Positions 27,994-38,010 of a stretch of DNA of 64,000 nt are shown here, piece by piece. Made by a program: the position numbers and the translations under genes. Location: NCBI GenBank assembly GCA_050124795.1, contig JASFEO010000003.1, positions 1 through 64,000 of the forward strand, in the 5' to 3' direction. Position 1 is the stretch's first letter. Every line of letters begins with the position of its first letter. Origin of the DNA: Candidatus Pacearchaeota archaeon. Its GTDB lineage: Archaea > Nanobdellota > Nanobdellia > Pacearchaeales > GW2011-AR1. The notes beneath the pieces are model-generated. The model was not told the origin of the DNA. It made no database searches and worked only from the letters and a program-made list of their open reading frames with translations.

Positions 27994-28664
27994 TGACAAA
28001 TAGAAAAGTAGTTATTCCAGGAGAAGTTATTTCCAGTGGTGATGATTTTTTGCCTGGTGAAGGGACAGAAAAAAAAGACAATGATATTGTTGCATTAAGA
28101 TTTGGTCTTGCTGAGGAATCAGGAAAACTTGTAAAAGTAATCCCCTTGTCAGGAGTTTATCAGGCTCGCAGAGGAAATGTTGTAATAGGAAATGTTGAAA
28201 ATGTGACCTTCAATGGCTGGATAATTGATATCGGAGTTCCTGAAACAGCTTTTTTATCTTTAACTGAAGTGCCAATGTATGTTAATAAAAACGGGCTGGA
28301 TGAAGTCATGGATATCGGCGACATGGTTGTTGCAAAAATCTGGAGCATGAATAAAAGAGGAGTTGACTTAAGTATAAAATCAAGAGGGCTTGGAAAAATC
28401 GACGAGGGAATAATTGTAAAAGTAAATCCAAACAAAGTTCCGAGGATAATCGGCAAGGAAGGAAGCATGATAAGTTTAATTAAAGACAAAACAAACTGCA
28501 ATATCACAGTGGGGCAAAATGGATTTATCTGGATAAAGGGCGAGAAAGTTGATGAAGAGTTATTTGCAAAAAGAGCGATTAATTTTGTTGCTGAAAAATC
28601 TTTTATACAAGGTTTAACAGAAGAAGTTGAAAAATGGTTTAGTGAAAATGGAGGTAAAAAATAA
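27993..28664 (+). CDS. rrp4: Exosome RNA-binding protein Rrp4
   Basis: VVIPGE, S1 domain, KH motif KVPRIIGKEGSM and VGQNGFIW. Confidence 0.95.
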   Translation: MTNRKVVIPGEVISSGDDFLPGEGTEKKDNDIVALRFGLAEESGKLVKVIPLSGVYQARRGNVVIGNVENVTFNGWIIDIGVPETAFLSLTEVPMYVNKNGLDEVMDIGDMVVAKIWSMNKRGVDLSIKSRGLGKIDEGIIVKVNPNKVPRIIGKEGSMISLIKDKTNCNITVGQNGFIWIKGEKVDEELFAKRAINFVAEKSFIQGLTEEVEKWFSENGGKK

Positions 28665-28665
28665 A

Positions 28666-28950
28666 ATGACAAATGAAACTGAACTTTTTAAGAGAATAAA
28701 TGAAGCTTATCCTCGCGGGAAAATGCTTTCACCAACACCCGCCTATTATGAGATTGTTCTTTCTTCAGGAGAATATAAAATTTTAGCAACTTATGAAAAT
28801 CTAGATGGAACTAATGAAGAAGATTGGACCAAAGATGAGATTAGGATAAATAATGTTCCCGAAAGGTTTAAAGAACATTTTATTTTTAGAGATTTTGTAG
28901 ATAAAAATAAAGAGAAGTTTCCAGAATTAAAAAAGATATTAATAAATTAA
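28666..28950 (+). CDS. Hypothetical ORFan
   Basis: Inserted between rrp4 and rrp41. Confidence 0.65.
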   Translation: MTNETELFKRINEAYPRGKMLSPTPAYYEIVLSSGEYKILATYENLDGTNEEDWTKDEIRINNVPERFKEHFIFRDFVDKNKEKFPELKKILIN

Positions 28951-28951
28951 A

Positions 28952-29683
28952 ATGACAAAAGAATTCAAAAGAAAATCAGGAAGAAAGCCAGACGAGTTTA
29001 GAACTCCGATTTCAGCAAAAGTTGGGGTTGTGAAAAGCGCAGATGGCAGTGCTATTTGGCAGCAGGGAAAAACAATTGCAATTGCTTCTGTTTTCGGGCC
29101 AAAAAAAATGCACCCGCAGCATTTGCAGGATCCTGAAAAAGGGACTCTAAGATGTACTTATAATATGATTAGTTTCTCAGTTACTGACAGAATAAGACCC
29201 GGAATTAACAGAAGGTCTACTGAAATTTCAAAAATAATGGAGTGGGCGCTTGAGCCGGTTTTGTTAATTGACAAATACGCAAACATGGTTATTGATGTTC
29301 ATGTGAATATTATTCAGGCAGATGCAGGAACGCGGTGTGCAGCAATTAATGCAGCAGCAATGGCTTTGGCTCATGCAGGAATTCCAATGAAAAATATTGT
29401 TTCAAGTATTGCAGCAGGAAAACTTGACAAGACAGTTGTTTTAGATTTAGATAAATACGAAGATTCAGAATTTGAAGAGGGCGAGGGTTCAACTGATATC
29501 CCAATGACTTTTACTCCTGACGGAAAACTTACACACATTCAGGTTGACGGCAAAATTGATAAAGGGCAATTACTCGAAGCAATTGAAATGGCAAAAGAAG
29601 CTGCGAAGGAAATTTATGAAGTTCAAAAACAGGCTTTAAAAGATTCAGTTAAAAATTCAGATGAAGAAGGAGGAGAAAAATAA
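28952..29683 (+). CDS. rrp41: Exosome exonuclease Rrp41
   Basis: RNase PH fold: ADGSA, RRSTEISK and QADAGTR. Confidence 0.95.
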   Translation: MTKEFKRKSGRKPDEFRTPISAKVGVVKSADGSAIWQQGKTIAIASVFGPKKMHPQHLQDPEKGTLRCTYNMISFSVTDRIRPGINRRSTEISKIMEWALEPVLLIDKYANMVIDVHVNIIQADAGTRCAAINAAAMALAHAGIPMKNIVSSIAAGKLDKTVVLDLDKYEDSEFEEGEGSTDIPMTFTPDGKLTHIQVDGKIDKGQLLEAIEMAKEAAKEIYEVQKQALKDSVKNSDEEGGEK

Positions 29684-29684
29684 A

Positions 29685-30494
29685 ATGGATAAAGTGCAAA
29701 CAACATCAGACATAACAGCAGAAAGAATTGTTAAGTATATGGAAGAAGGCAAACGTTTTGACGGCAGGGGGCTTGATGAATTTAGAGAAATAGAAGTCGA
29801 GACAGGTGTTTCAAAAAATGCAGAGGGCTCAGCAAGGGTTAAAATTGGAAAGACTGAAGTTATTGTTGGTGTTAAAATGGATGTTGCTACGCCTTATCCT
29901 GATTCGCCTGATAAAGGGAACATGATGGTGACTGCTGAACTTTTGCCTTTGAGTTCGCCGAGGTTTGAATATGGTCCTCCGAAATTTCCTGCAATTGAAT
30001 TGGGGAGAGTTATTGACAGAGGAATTCGTGAATCGCATTTTATTGATTTGGAAAAACTTTGCATTAAGGAAGGGGAGAAAGTCTGGACAGTTTTCATAGA
30101 TATTTATACAATTAATGACGACGGAAATTTGTTTGATGCTGCAGGCTTGGGCGCAATAATTGCTTTGAAAAATGCTCGCGTTCCAAAGTATGATGAAGAA
30201 AATGAAAGAGTTTTATATGGAGAATTAACTGATGAAAATGTTCCTTTAAGCAAGACAACTCCGATTTCAATTACTACTCACAAAATCGACGGCAAATTCA
30301 TAGTTGACCCGACTCGCGAGGAAGAAGACATAAGCGAAACACGGATAACAATCGGAAGCACTGACGGCGTTATTTCATCAATGCAAAAAGGAGAAAAAAG
30401 CGCATTAACAATTGAGGAATTTTCAGAAGCACTTGACTTAGTCAATAAAGTGTATAAAGAAATTTTTAAAAAGTTAGAAAAACATTTAAAATAA
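29685..30494 (+). CDS. rrp42: Exosome subunit Rrp42
   Basis: RFDGRGLDEFR, AEGSA, DRGIRES and DDGNLFDA. Confidence 0.95.
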   Translation: MDKVQTTSDITAERIVKYMEEGKRFDGRGLDEFREIEVETGVSKNAEGSARVKIGKTEVIVGVKMDVATPYPDSPDKGNMMVTAELLPLSSPRFEYGPPKFPAIELGRVIDRGIRESHFIDLEKLCIKEGEKVWTVFIDIYTINDDGNLFDAAGLGAIIALKNARVPKYDEENERVLYGELTDENVPLSKTTPISITTHKIDGKFIVDPTREEEDISETRITIGSTDGVISSMQKGEKSALTIEEFSEALDLVNKVYKEIFKKLEKHLK

Positions 30495-30866
30495 ATGAAA
30501 GCTGAAAATTTTACAAAATATGAGCAGGCGAGAATTCTTGGAGCGCGGGCTTTGCAAATTGCAATGAATGCGCCTTTGTTAATTAAGATTGAAAAAGATG
30601 ATTTAGAGAAAGTAAAGTTTGATGCTTTGAAAATTGCAGAAATTGAGTTGAGGTCAAATATTCTGCCGATTTCAATTAAGAAACCTTTTCCCGGAAAAAA
30701 ACAAGGAGCATTAAAAAGAATTCCGGAAGTTAAGTTAACTGAAAAGAAAAAGAAAGCTTTAGAAGAAGAGGAAGAAAAGGATATTTCCTCAGAAGGAGAA
30801 ATCATGGCTTTGGCAAATCCTGAGGACGAGCGTGAAGATTCTGATGAAGGAAATAGTGAAGAGTGA
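30495..30866 (+). CDS. rpoK: DNA-directed RNA polymerase subunit K (Rpo6) with acidic tail
   Basis: TKYEQARILGARALQIAMNAP. Confidence 0.95.
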   Translation: MKAENFTKYEQARILGARALQIAMNAPLLIKIEKDDLEKVKFDALKIAEIELRSNILPISIKKPFPGKKQGALKRIPEVKLTEKKKKALEEEEEKDISSEGEIMALANPEDEREDSDEGNSEE

Positions 30867-30893
30867 AAAATTATTTAAATAAATTTAAATGAT

Positions 30894-31385
30894 TCAATCT
30901 TCATCTTCAAAAAAACTATCTAAAGTTGGAATTTTCGGCTCCACTATATCATAAATTTCAATCCCTTTACCATTAATTCTTAATTTTCCCCATTGCTGGA
31001 CTTGCCCTCCATTTTCTACATATTGAAAAAATTCATTATGAAGTCTTTTGTAAAAATCTTTTTTTGACTTTGGAACTTCTAAAGATTCCTCTAACCAGTT
31101 TAATAAAATCTGATTAAATTCTCCGCGTTTAGAAACTTCTGTTAAATATCTTGAAGAATAATTATGTATCACATCCTCTAAACTTTCTGAAAGGTCTTTT
31201 CTATAACCATTTTTTGAAAGACTTGAAAATGATTTCCAAAATCTGCCATGAGATAACTCATGAAAACCATCTGAAATGAACGAATTAAAAAGTCCTCTCC
31301 AACTATCCTGAACTAATCGATATTTAAAATATTCTCTTCGGTATTCCCCAGCCAACTTCCTGCTTGGGGTAAATTGGTTTTCCAT
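30894..31385 (-). CDS. Hypothetical protein
   Basis: ORF with TATA. Confidence 0.6.
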   Translation of the reverse strand: MENQFTPSRKLAGEYRREYFKYRLVQDSWRGLFNSFISDGFHELSHGRFWKSFSSLSKNGYRKDLSESLEDVIHNYSSRYLTEVSKRGEFNQILLNWLEESLEVPKSKKDFYKRLHNEFFQYVENGGQVQQWGKLRINGKGIEIYDIVEPKIPTLDSFFEDED

Positions 31386-31484
31386 AAAAATAATTTTTAA
31401 TTGAACTTAATAAATATTATTATACTTTAGACTACATTGCGAAGCATACAAAATCTATATAAACCAGATTTCATTTTGTTCTTT

Positions 31485-32645
31485 ATGGTTGTGATAAAAG
31501 GAGTTGATGCCAAGGCAATTCGTGATTCCCGTCGTGAAAAAACTATTTTTGTTGCAATAAAGACAAATGTTGGGAAATTTTCTGCATCAGCGCCAAATGG
31601 AAAGTCAACTGGCAAGAGAGAAGCGAAAAGTTACAGAAAAGATTTAGAGGGCGACATAAAAACAATAAAAGATTTTAGTGATTATTTTTCAAATGAGCAA
31701 ATTGAAAAGTTTGATGACCTGAGAAGAATTGAAGATATTGTCGACAGGCACATTGGAGCAAACACTTTACTGGCGCTTGAATATGCAGTTCTAAAGGCAA
31801 TTGCAAAAGAACAAAAAAAAGAAGTCTGGCAACTTATTAATGAAAAGGCAAAAAAATTCCCAAGACCAGTCGGCAACTGCATTGGGGGAGGAGCGCATTC
31901 AAACACAGACAAGAAACCTGATTTTCAGGAATTTTTATTAATTCCAAATTTAAAAACTTTTAAGGAAAATTATGAATTAAATAAAAAAATAAAATCCAGT
32001 GTTGAGACAACTTTGAAGAGGCTTGACAAAAATTTTAAATCTAAAAAAAATGACGAGAATGCCTGGGTAACGCACTTAAATGAAAAGCAGGTTTTTGAAA
32101 TCTTAAAGGAGGCAGAAATTCCAATTGGAACAGATGTTGCGTCTTCAAACTTTTTTAAGAGAAAAAAATATTCATATTTTAATCCGCCTTTGAAGAGAAC
32201 AGAGGAAGAGCAGTTTGGGTATGTTTCTAATTTAATTAAAAATTTTAATTTGTTTTATATTGAAGATGCATTTGGGGAAGAGGATTTTACAGGTTTTGCA
32301 AAACTCCTTAAAAAATTTCCTGAATCATTAATTGTCGGGGATGATTTGACTGTTACAAATTCAAAGAGACTGAAAAAAGCAATTGATGAAAAGGCGATTA
32401 ATGCAATTATTGTTAAACCAAATCAGTGCGGCTCACTTTTGGAAGTTGCAAGAGTTTGCGAAATGGCAAAAGAAAATAATATTAAAACTATTTTCTCGCA
32501 CAGAAGCGGAGAAACTGACGAGAGTATTTTAGCTGATTTGGCTTTTGGATTCCAAGCTGATTTTTTTAAATGCGGAATTGACGGCAAAGTTCGTGAAGCA
32601 AAACTGAAACGATTGATTGAGATTGAGAAGAGTTTGGGAAAATGA
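31485..32645 (+). CDS. eno: Enolase
   Basis: DSR, GANT, GGGAH, DFQEF, VGDDL, KPNQCG and SHRSGET. Confidence 0.93.
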   Translation: MVVIKGVDAKAIRDSRREKTIFVAIKTNVGKFSASAPNGKSTGKREAKSYRKDLEGDIKTIKDFSDYFSNEQIEKFDDLRRIEDIVDRHIGANTLLALEYAVLKAIAKEQKKEVWQLINEKAKKFPRPVGNCIGGGAHSNTDKKPDFQEFLLIPNLKTFKENYELNKKIKSSVETTLKRLDKNFKSKKNDENAWVTHLNEKQVFEILKEAEIPIGTDVASSNFFKRKKYSYFNPPLKRTEEEQFGYVSNLIKNFNLFYIEDAFGEEDFTGFAKLLKKFPESLIVGDDLTVTNSKRLKKAIDEKAINAIIVKPNQCGSLLEVARVCEMAKENNIKTIFSHRSGETDESILADLAFGFQADFFKCGIDGKVREAKLKRLIEIEKSLGK

Positions 32646-33238
32646 AAAAGTGGGAAAGATTATATTTAGAGGGGAAATTTAAGATAGATAGTTTTGCCCC
32701 AAGCAAATTAGTTAAGGGAATATTAAAATACCAAGATAAGTTCGATAATGTTCTGGATATCAGGTGCGGGAACGGAAGAAATTCTGTTTATCTCTCTAAA
32801 TTCTCAGTGAAGATTGATTCAATCGATAAAGTTGATTTGGATTTCTTAAAACAATCTCCAAAAAGTGCAAAAGATAAAATTAGGTTTTATAAGAAAGATA
32901 TAGAAAAATTTAATTTTGAGAAAAAGGAATATGATTTAATCCTGATGATAAGAATTATACAGTATATCCCGAAATATAAATTAAAAAAAATTTTTCATAA
33001 TCTATCAAAAGTATTGAAGAAGAATGGATTAATCATAATTAGTTATACTCAATCTGGGGGGATTTTTAGCCAGAACCTAAATATAAAAAAGTATAAACAT
33101 TCAATTGAATTTTTAAAAAAATTATTTAGTGAAAATGGATTAAAAACTAAAATGATTAGAAAAGGTTGTGAAAATACTACTCATGTTCCTTATAAATGCA
33201 AAGTAAAAACATATGAATTAATTTTGATAAAAAAATAA
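32642..33238 (+). CDS. Class I SAM-dependent methyltransferase (TehB-like), motif I altered
   Basis: VLDIRCGNGRNS and YDLI. Confidence 0.75.
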   Translation: MKKWERLYLEGKFKIDSFAPSKLVKGILKYQDKFDNVLDIRCGNGRNSVYLSKFSVKIDSIDKVDLDFLKQSPKSAKDKIRFYKKDIEKFNFEKKEYDLILMIRIIQYIPKYKLKKIFHNLSKVLKKNGLIIISYTQSGGIFSQNLNIKKYKHSIEFLKKLFSENGLKTKMIRKGCENTTHVPYKCKVKTYELILIKK

Positions 33239-33293
33239 TTAATTGAAAATTCTCAATCCAAATCTTTTTAAACTAAATTTCTTGTTAAGTTAC

Positions 33294-34100
33294 ATGACAA
33301 AAGCTAAGGAAGAAAAAGTTTCAGAAGAATTAAAAAAAGAAGCTGAAAGTGTTGACACTAAAAAAACTGATGAGTTAAAGGAAAAGGAAGAATCTAAATC
33401 TTTGGAAGAAAGGAAAAAAGAATTACTTGAGAAAGTTGCGAAGTTAAAAGAGAAAGTTGCTTCAGAAGGGCCGAGCACAGACGAATTAAAAGAGCAGGTT
33501 AAAATTAAGAAGCGAACTGATATGCTGATTCCCCTTGAGGAATATGTTAAGGCAGGAATTTATCTTGGGACAAAAGTTGTAACTCCTGCAATGAAAAAAT
33601 ATGTTTACCGTAGACGTGCAGATGGTTTGGCAATCTTCAATACAAATATAATTGATGAAAAATTAAAAGAAGGAATTGAATACTTGTCAAAATTTAATTC
33701 TGAAGATATAATCTTAGTTTGCAAAAGACCTGCTGGTTGGAAAGCTGCAAAAATGTTTTCTGAACTTACAGGAATAAGAGTTTTCACAAAAAAGTATCCT
33801 GCAGGAGTTTTGACAAATACCAATTTGCCTGATTTTTTTGAAAATGAATTAACAATTGTAACTGATTCATGGCTTGATAAAAATGCTTTGAATGATACAA
33901 TGAAAGTTCATAAAAATATTTTAATGATTTGCGACACAAACAATTTTGCAAAAGGTGCAGACCAGATTATTATTGGAAATAACAAAAGCGCGAAATCTCT
34001 TGGTGTAATTTTTTATCTTTTAACGCGCGGTTATCTGAAAGCAAAAGACATGGATACTTCAAAATTGCCTGACCTTGAATGGTGGACAGGTGAAGAGTAA
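33294..34100 (+). CDS. rps2: 30S ribosomal protein S2
   Basis: YVKAGIYLGTK, YRRRADGL, GVLTN, CDTNN and GNNK. Confidence 0.95.
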   Translation: MTKAKEEKVSEELKKEAESVDTKKTDELKEKEESKSLEERKKELLEKVAKLKEKVASEGPSTDELKEQVKIKKRTDMLIPLEEYVKAGIYLGTKVVTPAMKKYVYRRRADGLAIFNTNIIDEKLKEGIEYLSKFNSEDIILVCKRPAGWKAAKMFSELTGIRVFTKKYPAGVLTNTNLPDFFENELTIVTDSWLDKNALNDTMKVHKNILMICDTNNFAKGADQIIIGNNKSAKSLGVIFYLLTRGYLKAKDMDTSKLPDLEWWTGEE

Positions 34101-34181
34101 AAATCATGAAATGATTTTTAATTATATTTTTTAGGGAATAACTTTCACATAATTTTAAAAAGCATTAAGATAAATAATTTT

Positions 34182-34433
34182 ATGGCAAAGCTTGAAAGAA
34201 TAAAATTTAAATCTTTAGGACCTGAGCAAGAGTGTGTTGGGAAATCCTTAATTCATTGGTGCCATGGAAAGAGAATGGAGATTGTAAAAAATGATTATCT
34301 CCCGGGGAATGCCCAAGAATTTTATATCTGCAGAATATGTTATTCAATTGAAATCCCTTATTTTGCTCAGTTATCGGGAAGGAATCCGGAAAACTTTTTT
34401 AAAAATTCTAATATCAGTGTTGTGAAAACATAA
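34182..34433 (+). CDS. Hypothetical Cys-containing protein
   Basis: TATA-preceded ORF with CxxC. Confidence 0.55.
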   Translation: MAKLERIKFKSLGPEQECVGKSLIHWCHGKRMEIVKNDYLPGNAQEFYICRICYSIEIPYFAQLSGRNPENFFKNSNISVVKT

Positions 34434-34435
34434 TA

Positions 34436-34636
34436 TTATTTTATCACAACCAAAGTATCAAGACTTTTAATACAGTTTCCGCAATCAGGATTTAGTTTTC
34501 CTTTGTCTTTTGAAAAAAATTTTCTATGATACTCGCATCTTGCGCCAAAACTTTTTGGATAAGGAGCATAACCTTTATCAAAATCCCCGCCAAAATTATA
34601 ATACAGACATCTTGTATTTGTTTTATTCTTTTTCAT
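34436..34636 (-). CDS. Small Cys-rich hypothetical protein
   Basis: Coupled to the upstream HNH gene; four Cys. Confidence 0.5.
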   Translation of the reverse strand: MKKNKTNTRCLYYNFGGDFDKGYAPYPKSFGARCEYHRKFFSKDKGKLNPDCGNCIKSLDTLVVIK

Positions 34637-34856
34637 GATATCTCCAAAGATATTTATCAACCCATATTGTTTGGCCATTCCAAAAATTCTCAACTAAATA
34701 ATCAATTATTTCATCAGGAGTTCTGTTCTCAAACAAAGAATGATAATACTGATGTTTATTTTTAGGAACATATGCAAGATTTTCTTCGAGGTTTTTTCCC
34801 TTGCGTGAAGTCGGGATGATGTGGTGTTTTGTTTTTCTTTTATTCTTTTTTGTCAT
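34623..34856 (-). CDS. Small HNH-motif protein
   Basis: KHHIIPTSRKG...ENL...H..YH. Confidence 0.7.
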   Translation of the reverse strand: MTKKNKRKTKHHIIPTSRKGKNLEENLAYVPKNKHQYYHSLFENRTPDEIIDYLVENFWNGQTIWVDKYLWRYHEKE

Positions 34857-35019
34857 TTGAATTTTTCTTTAATGTTTCCCAATAAACTGAATAATATTTT
34901 CTTTGTTCAGGATAATCCCCAATACAAAGATAAACATAGAGGTCGTAAAAATCACGATTGGATAAATCTTTTTTCCATAACTGAAAAGTGTCATAAATTT
35001 CTTCCTGAAGTGTTTTCAT
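34840..35019 (-). CDS. Hypothetical 59-aa protein (not in the ORF track)
   Basis: MKTLQEEIYDTF...; fills the gap between the protease and HNH genes with tight coupling. Confidence 0.5.
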   Translation of the reverse strand: MKTLQEEIYDTFQLWKKDLSNRDFYDLYVYLCIGDYPEQRKYYSVYWETLKKNSNDKKE

Positions 35020-35020
35020 T

Positions 35021-35731
35021 TCACAAGTATTTTAGAAAATTTTTAATTGGCTGAAAATAACCCGCCCCCCAGAAACGCAAACCCATAATTCCCACTAATT
35101 TTTTGTCTGACATTGAAATCACCGGGGTTCCTGAGTCTCCAGGGATTACCCCTATATCAGTTCCAATTGAATTTTCATATCCTTCTCCGCCAGGAATTTT
35201 AATTCCATCTAAGTCACTAATTTTTCCCATTCGATAATTAAAACCGAGCAATTGAGGATTTCCTATGTCTGCAATTCTCTCTCCAAGATATATGTCCTTC
35301 CTTGGTTCTAATGGAAATCTCGGAACATCTAAATTTTTTGGTAATTTAAAAATTGCTACATCATTTTCATCAAAAATTAATTTTTCAAGTTTAACTCCGT
35401 TAATCTTTGTCTCAAATTTAAGTTTTTCCGGGACTCTATTAATTAATCCAAAAGGGGTGTTTACCGGAACTCCCTTGCTAAAATCAACAATGTGGCCAAG
35501 TGTGAAATAAAAATCCTTATATACAATCCCCATCCCGTATTGTGTAAGATTCCTATCATAATTATCCATAAAATAATCTACTTTTGTTTCCGACTTAATG
35601 ACATATTTTTTTAAACTTAATAATAATTTGCCTTCATCTAAATCAATTTCGTTTAATAAATTACTTAAATAATTTTTACAACCAATTAATCCTGCAGCCA
35701 AGCCTGTGACTAGAAAATGCCTTCTGTCCAT
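35021..35731 (-). CDS. Trypsin-like serine protease, Tat-type lipoprotein
   Basis: MDRRHFL...LIGC signal; TLGH, NDVAIF and PGDSGTP triad. Confidence 0.85.
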   Translation of the reverse strand: MDRRHFLVTGLAAGLIGCKNYLSNLLNEIDLDEGKLLLSLKKYVIKSETKVDYFMDNYDRNLTQYGMGIVYKDFYFTLGHIVDFSKGVPVNTPFGLINRVPEKLKFETKINGVKLEKLIFDENDVAIFKLPKNLDVPRFPLEPRKDIYLGERIADIGNPQLLGFNYRMGKISDLDGIKIPGGEGYENSIGTDIGVIPGDSGTPVISMSDKKLVGIMGLRFWGAGYFQPIKNFLKYL

Positions 35732-35830
35732 GGTTAATTAAGGGATTAAAAATTTATATGCCCTTGCTGAGTACAATAATAAGCAAAAAATAAATTATAT
35801 ACTTTTTGGAAAAATAAATAAATTATATAG

Positions 35831-36706
35831 TTAGTTTTTCTGGAAGAATTTTTCATTTAAGTTAATTGAAGAAATATCCCTGTAAATGTCTTTTATTAAA
35901 CTTGCAAGTGGAATAAAAATTCTCTTCATTTCTTTATTATTTGTTTTGAAAAATTCTTCATTAAATTTTAAACTCTGTTTTTTATAAAGGCATGCATAAA
36001 TATTGTCAATAATTTTTCTTAATTTTTCAAAATCTTTTTTTGAATAATTAATTTTCTGATTGCGAAATAAGATATCTCCAAATGCCTCGAACTTTTTTAC
36101 CATGTCCAGATAAAAGAAAACATCCTCAATAGAATTTATATGCTCGTTGTTTCTCAAAAAAGGATCTTTTGCACAGGAAAATAAAATTCTTCTTGAAAGA
36201 AAATAAAGGCTATCAATTTTGTCTTCTATTTTTTTTAATCCAAAAGAATCTTTTTCTTCAATTAAATCAACCATTAACTCCAGAAGGTAGATTATTCTTT
36301 TAATCATTTTGCGGATGTTTACATTAAGCCCCTCAAATAAAAAAGTGATTTCAATTTTTTCTTTTGTTTCATTTGTTATTTCGTATCCTTCAAGATATTT
36401 TAATATTTTATTAATTTCAAAAATTTCTTTTTTCATTTTATCAAATTTAATTATGATTTTTTGAATATTTTTCATATAACAAAAAACAATGAATTCAGAA
36501 ATATTTTTTATGTCCTTAAGATAAATTGTTATTTTTTCTTTTTGTTTTATCCCTGATTCAGAAGTTTTAATTAATAATTCATTGTCTTTAAAATCTTCAA
36601 TAAATAAGATATTTCCTTCTTTTAAATTATTTTGAATTACCCATTTTTTAGGTAAAGAAATTGCATAGGTTCTTTTTCCAACAAGCTGTATTTTTCTTGA
36701 TTCCAT
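35831..36706 (-). CDS. AbrB-PhoU family phosphate uptake regulator
   Basis: MESRKIQLVGKRTYAISLPKKW AbrB N-terminus; EDKIDSLY PhoU-like repeat. Confidence 0.85.
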   Translation of the reverse strand: MESRKIQLVGKRTYAISLPKKWVIQNNLKEGNILFIEDFKDNELLIKTSESGIKQKEKITIYLKDIKNISEFIVFCYMKNIQKIIIKFDKMKKEIFEINKILKYLEGYEITNETKEKIEITFLFEGLNVNIRKMIKRIIYLLELMVDLIEEKDSFGLKKIEDKIDSLYFLSRRILFSCAKDPFLRNNEHINSIEDVFFYLDMVKKFEAFGDILFRNQKINYSKKDFEKLRKIIDNIYACLYKKQSLKFNEEFFKTNNKEMKRIFIPLASLIKDIYRDISSINLNEKFFQKN

Positions 36707-37141
36707 AATTATATATTTTGTAAGAAGGATTATATAATTTATATATTTTTCTAAAACTAAAAATATTAATTTAAATTTTTAATTCTGCAGTTTAAAATCT
36801 GAAGAAGTTTTGAAATAAATCTTTTTCTCAAAATATTCTCAATTCTTTTTTCAGGTCCGATGGCAGATTGATTTTTTTCTGTCATAAAAATATTTTTCAG
36901 TTTAACAGAATTATATCCCAAGCCATAATTTGTTGAAGCAGATAATTTCCTATAGTTGCAAAATCCGCGAAATGCAATCAAATCTGCCGTCATTAAAATC
37001 ACTGTCTTTTAAATATTCATTATATTTTTAATGATTCTTTCATCATGGCGAGACAAAGTTTCACTTTCTAAAAGTTCTGTGTTTTCGCAGGCCGCTCTAT
37101 AAATTTCAATTCTATCAGAATCCTTTAATCCTTTTTTCATT

Positions 37142-37594
37142 TTATATTTTCATAAACAGCCAACTTTTCTCAGGCTTATTCCCATAATGAGTTTTTACTA
37201 AAACATATTTTCCTTTTAGTTTTTTACCAGTTAGTTTTATTTTGATTTCTTTTTTTGTCTTTTTAATTAGTTCATAAGTTCCTTTGTCCCATATTCCAAC
37301 TTTGCCTGCGCCGTAATTTCCCTCGGGGATTGTTCCATGAAATTTTGCATATTCAACTGGATGGTCTTCAACTTTTATTGCTAATCTTTTTATTCCTTTA
37401 ACTTTTGGGGGAATTTTTGGAATTGCCCATGATTTTAAAACTCCGTCGTATTCCAATCTTAAGTCATAATGCAAATGTGAGGCTGAATGTTTTTGAATTA
37501 CATAGATTAATTTCTTTTTTGTTGATTTTATTTTTGGTTTTGGTTCGCCTGATTTTTTTAAGTTTCTTTTTTGTTTGTAGGTTGTTAGTGTCAT
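37142..37594 (-). CDS. Stand-alone LigD 3'-phosphoesterase domain protein
   Basis: YVIQKHSASHLHYDLRLE, VLKSWAIPK, RLAIKVEDHP and YGAG..WDKG. Confidence 0.93.
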   Translation of the reverse strand: MTLTTYKQKRNLKKSGEPKPKIKSTKKKLIYVIQKHSASHLHYDLRLEYDGVLKSWAIPKIPPKVKGIKRLAIKVEDHPVEYAKFHGTIPEGNYGAGKVGIWDKGTYELIKKTKKEIKIKLTGKKLKGKYVLVKTHYGNKPEKSWLFMKI

Positions 37595-38010
37595 TTTAAT
37601 TCATTAATTAATTTAATAAACTCTAGAATATCCGGGATTAATTCTTCCGACAGAGAATGAAAAACTTGCGCATCATCTAATTTGCCGTATTGATGAGAAA
37701 TTATATTTCTCATGCCTTTTGCTTCTTGCAGCCTTTCAGAAAGTTCTTTTGAGATTATTCTTTCGTTTGCAAGAATTTCAAAAACCTGTTTTTCATATTC
37801 AGGCTGTTTTAATTTTTTCTCTTTAATTATAAAAAATGCAACATCAACAACTGCTTCAATTATTTTCTCAAAATATCTCTCGCCGATTGCTTTTATTTTA
37901 TAATCATTTCTGTAATCTTCAAAATCTGAAGGCAAAACCGGTTCTAATTCTTCAATAAATTTTTCTATCTCAATAATTTTATCTTTTATTCTATCTTCTT
38001 TGTTTTTCAT
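37591..38010 (-). CDS. HepT-like HEPN RNase toxin (DUF86)
   Basis: RNIISHQY Rx4H motif. Confidence 0.9.
   Translation of the reverse strand: MKNKEDRIKDKIIEIEKFIEELEPVLPSDFEDYRNDYKIKAIGERYFEKIIEAVVDVAFFIIKEKKLKQPEYEKQVFEILANERIISKELSERLQEAKGMRNIISHQYGKLDDAQVFHSLSEELIPDILEFIKLINELK

Noticed and set aside
35788-35829. Direct repeat AAATAAATTATATA twice
   Set aside because: Pure A/T sequence in a very AT-rich gap; cannot be distinguished from chance or slippage.
36766-37140. Fragmented ORFs downstream of the LigD phosphoesterase
   Set aside because: Possibly a decayed gene, but no recognisable motif supports a call.
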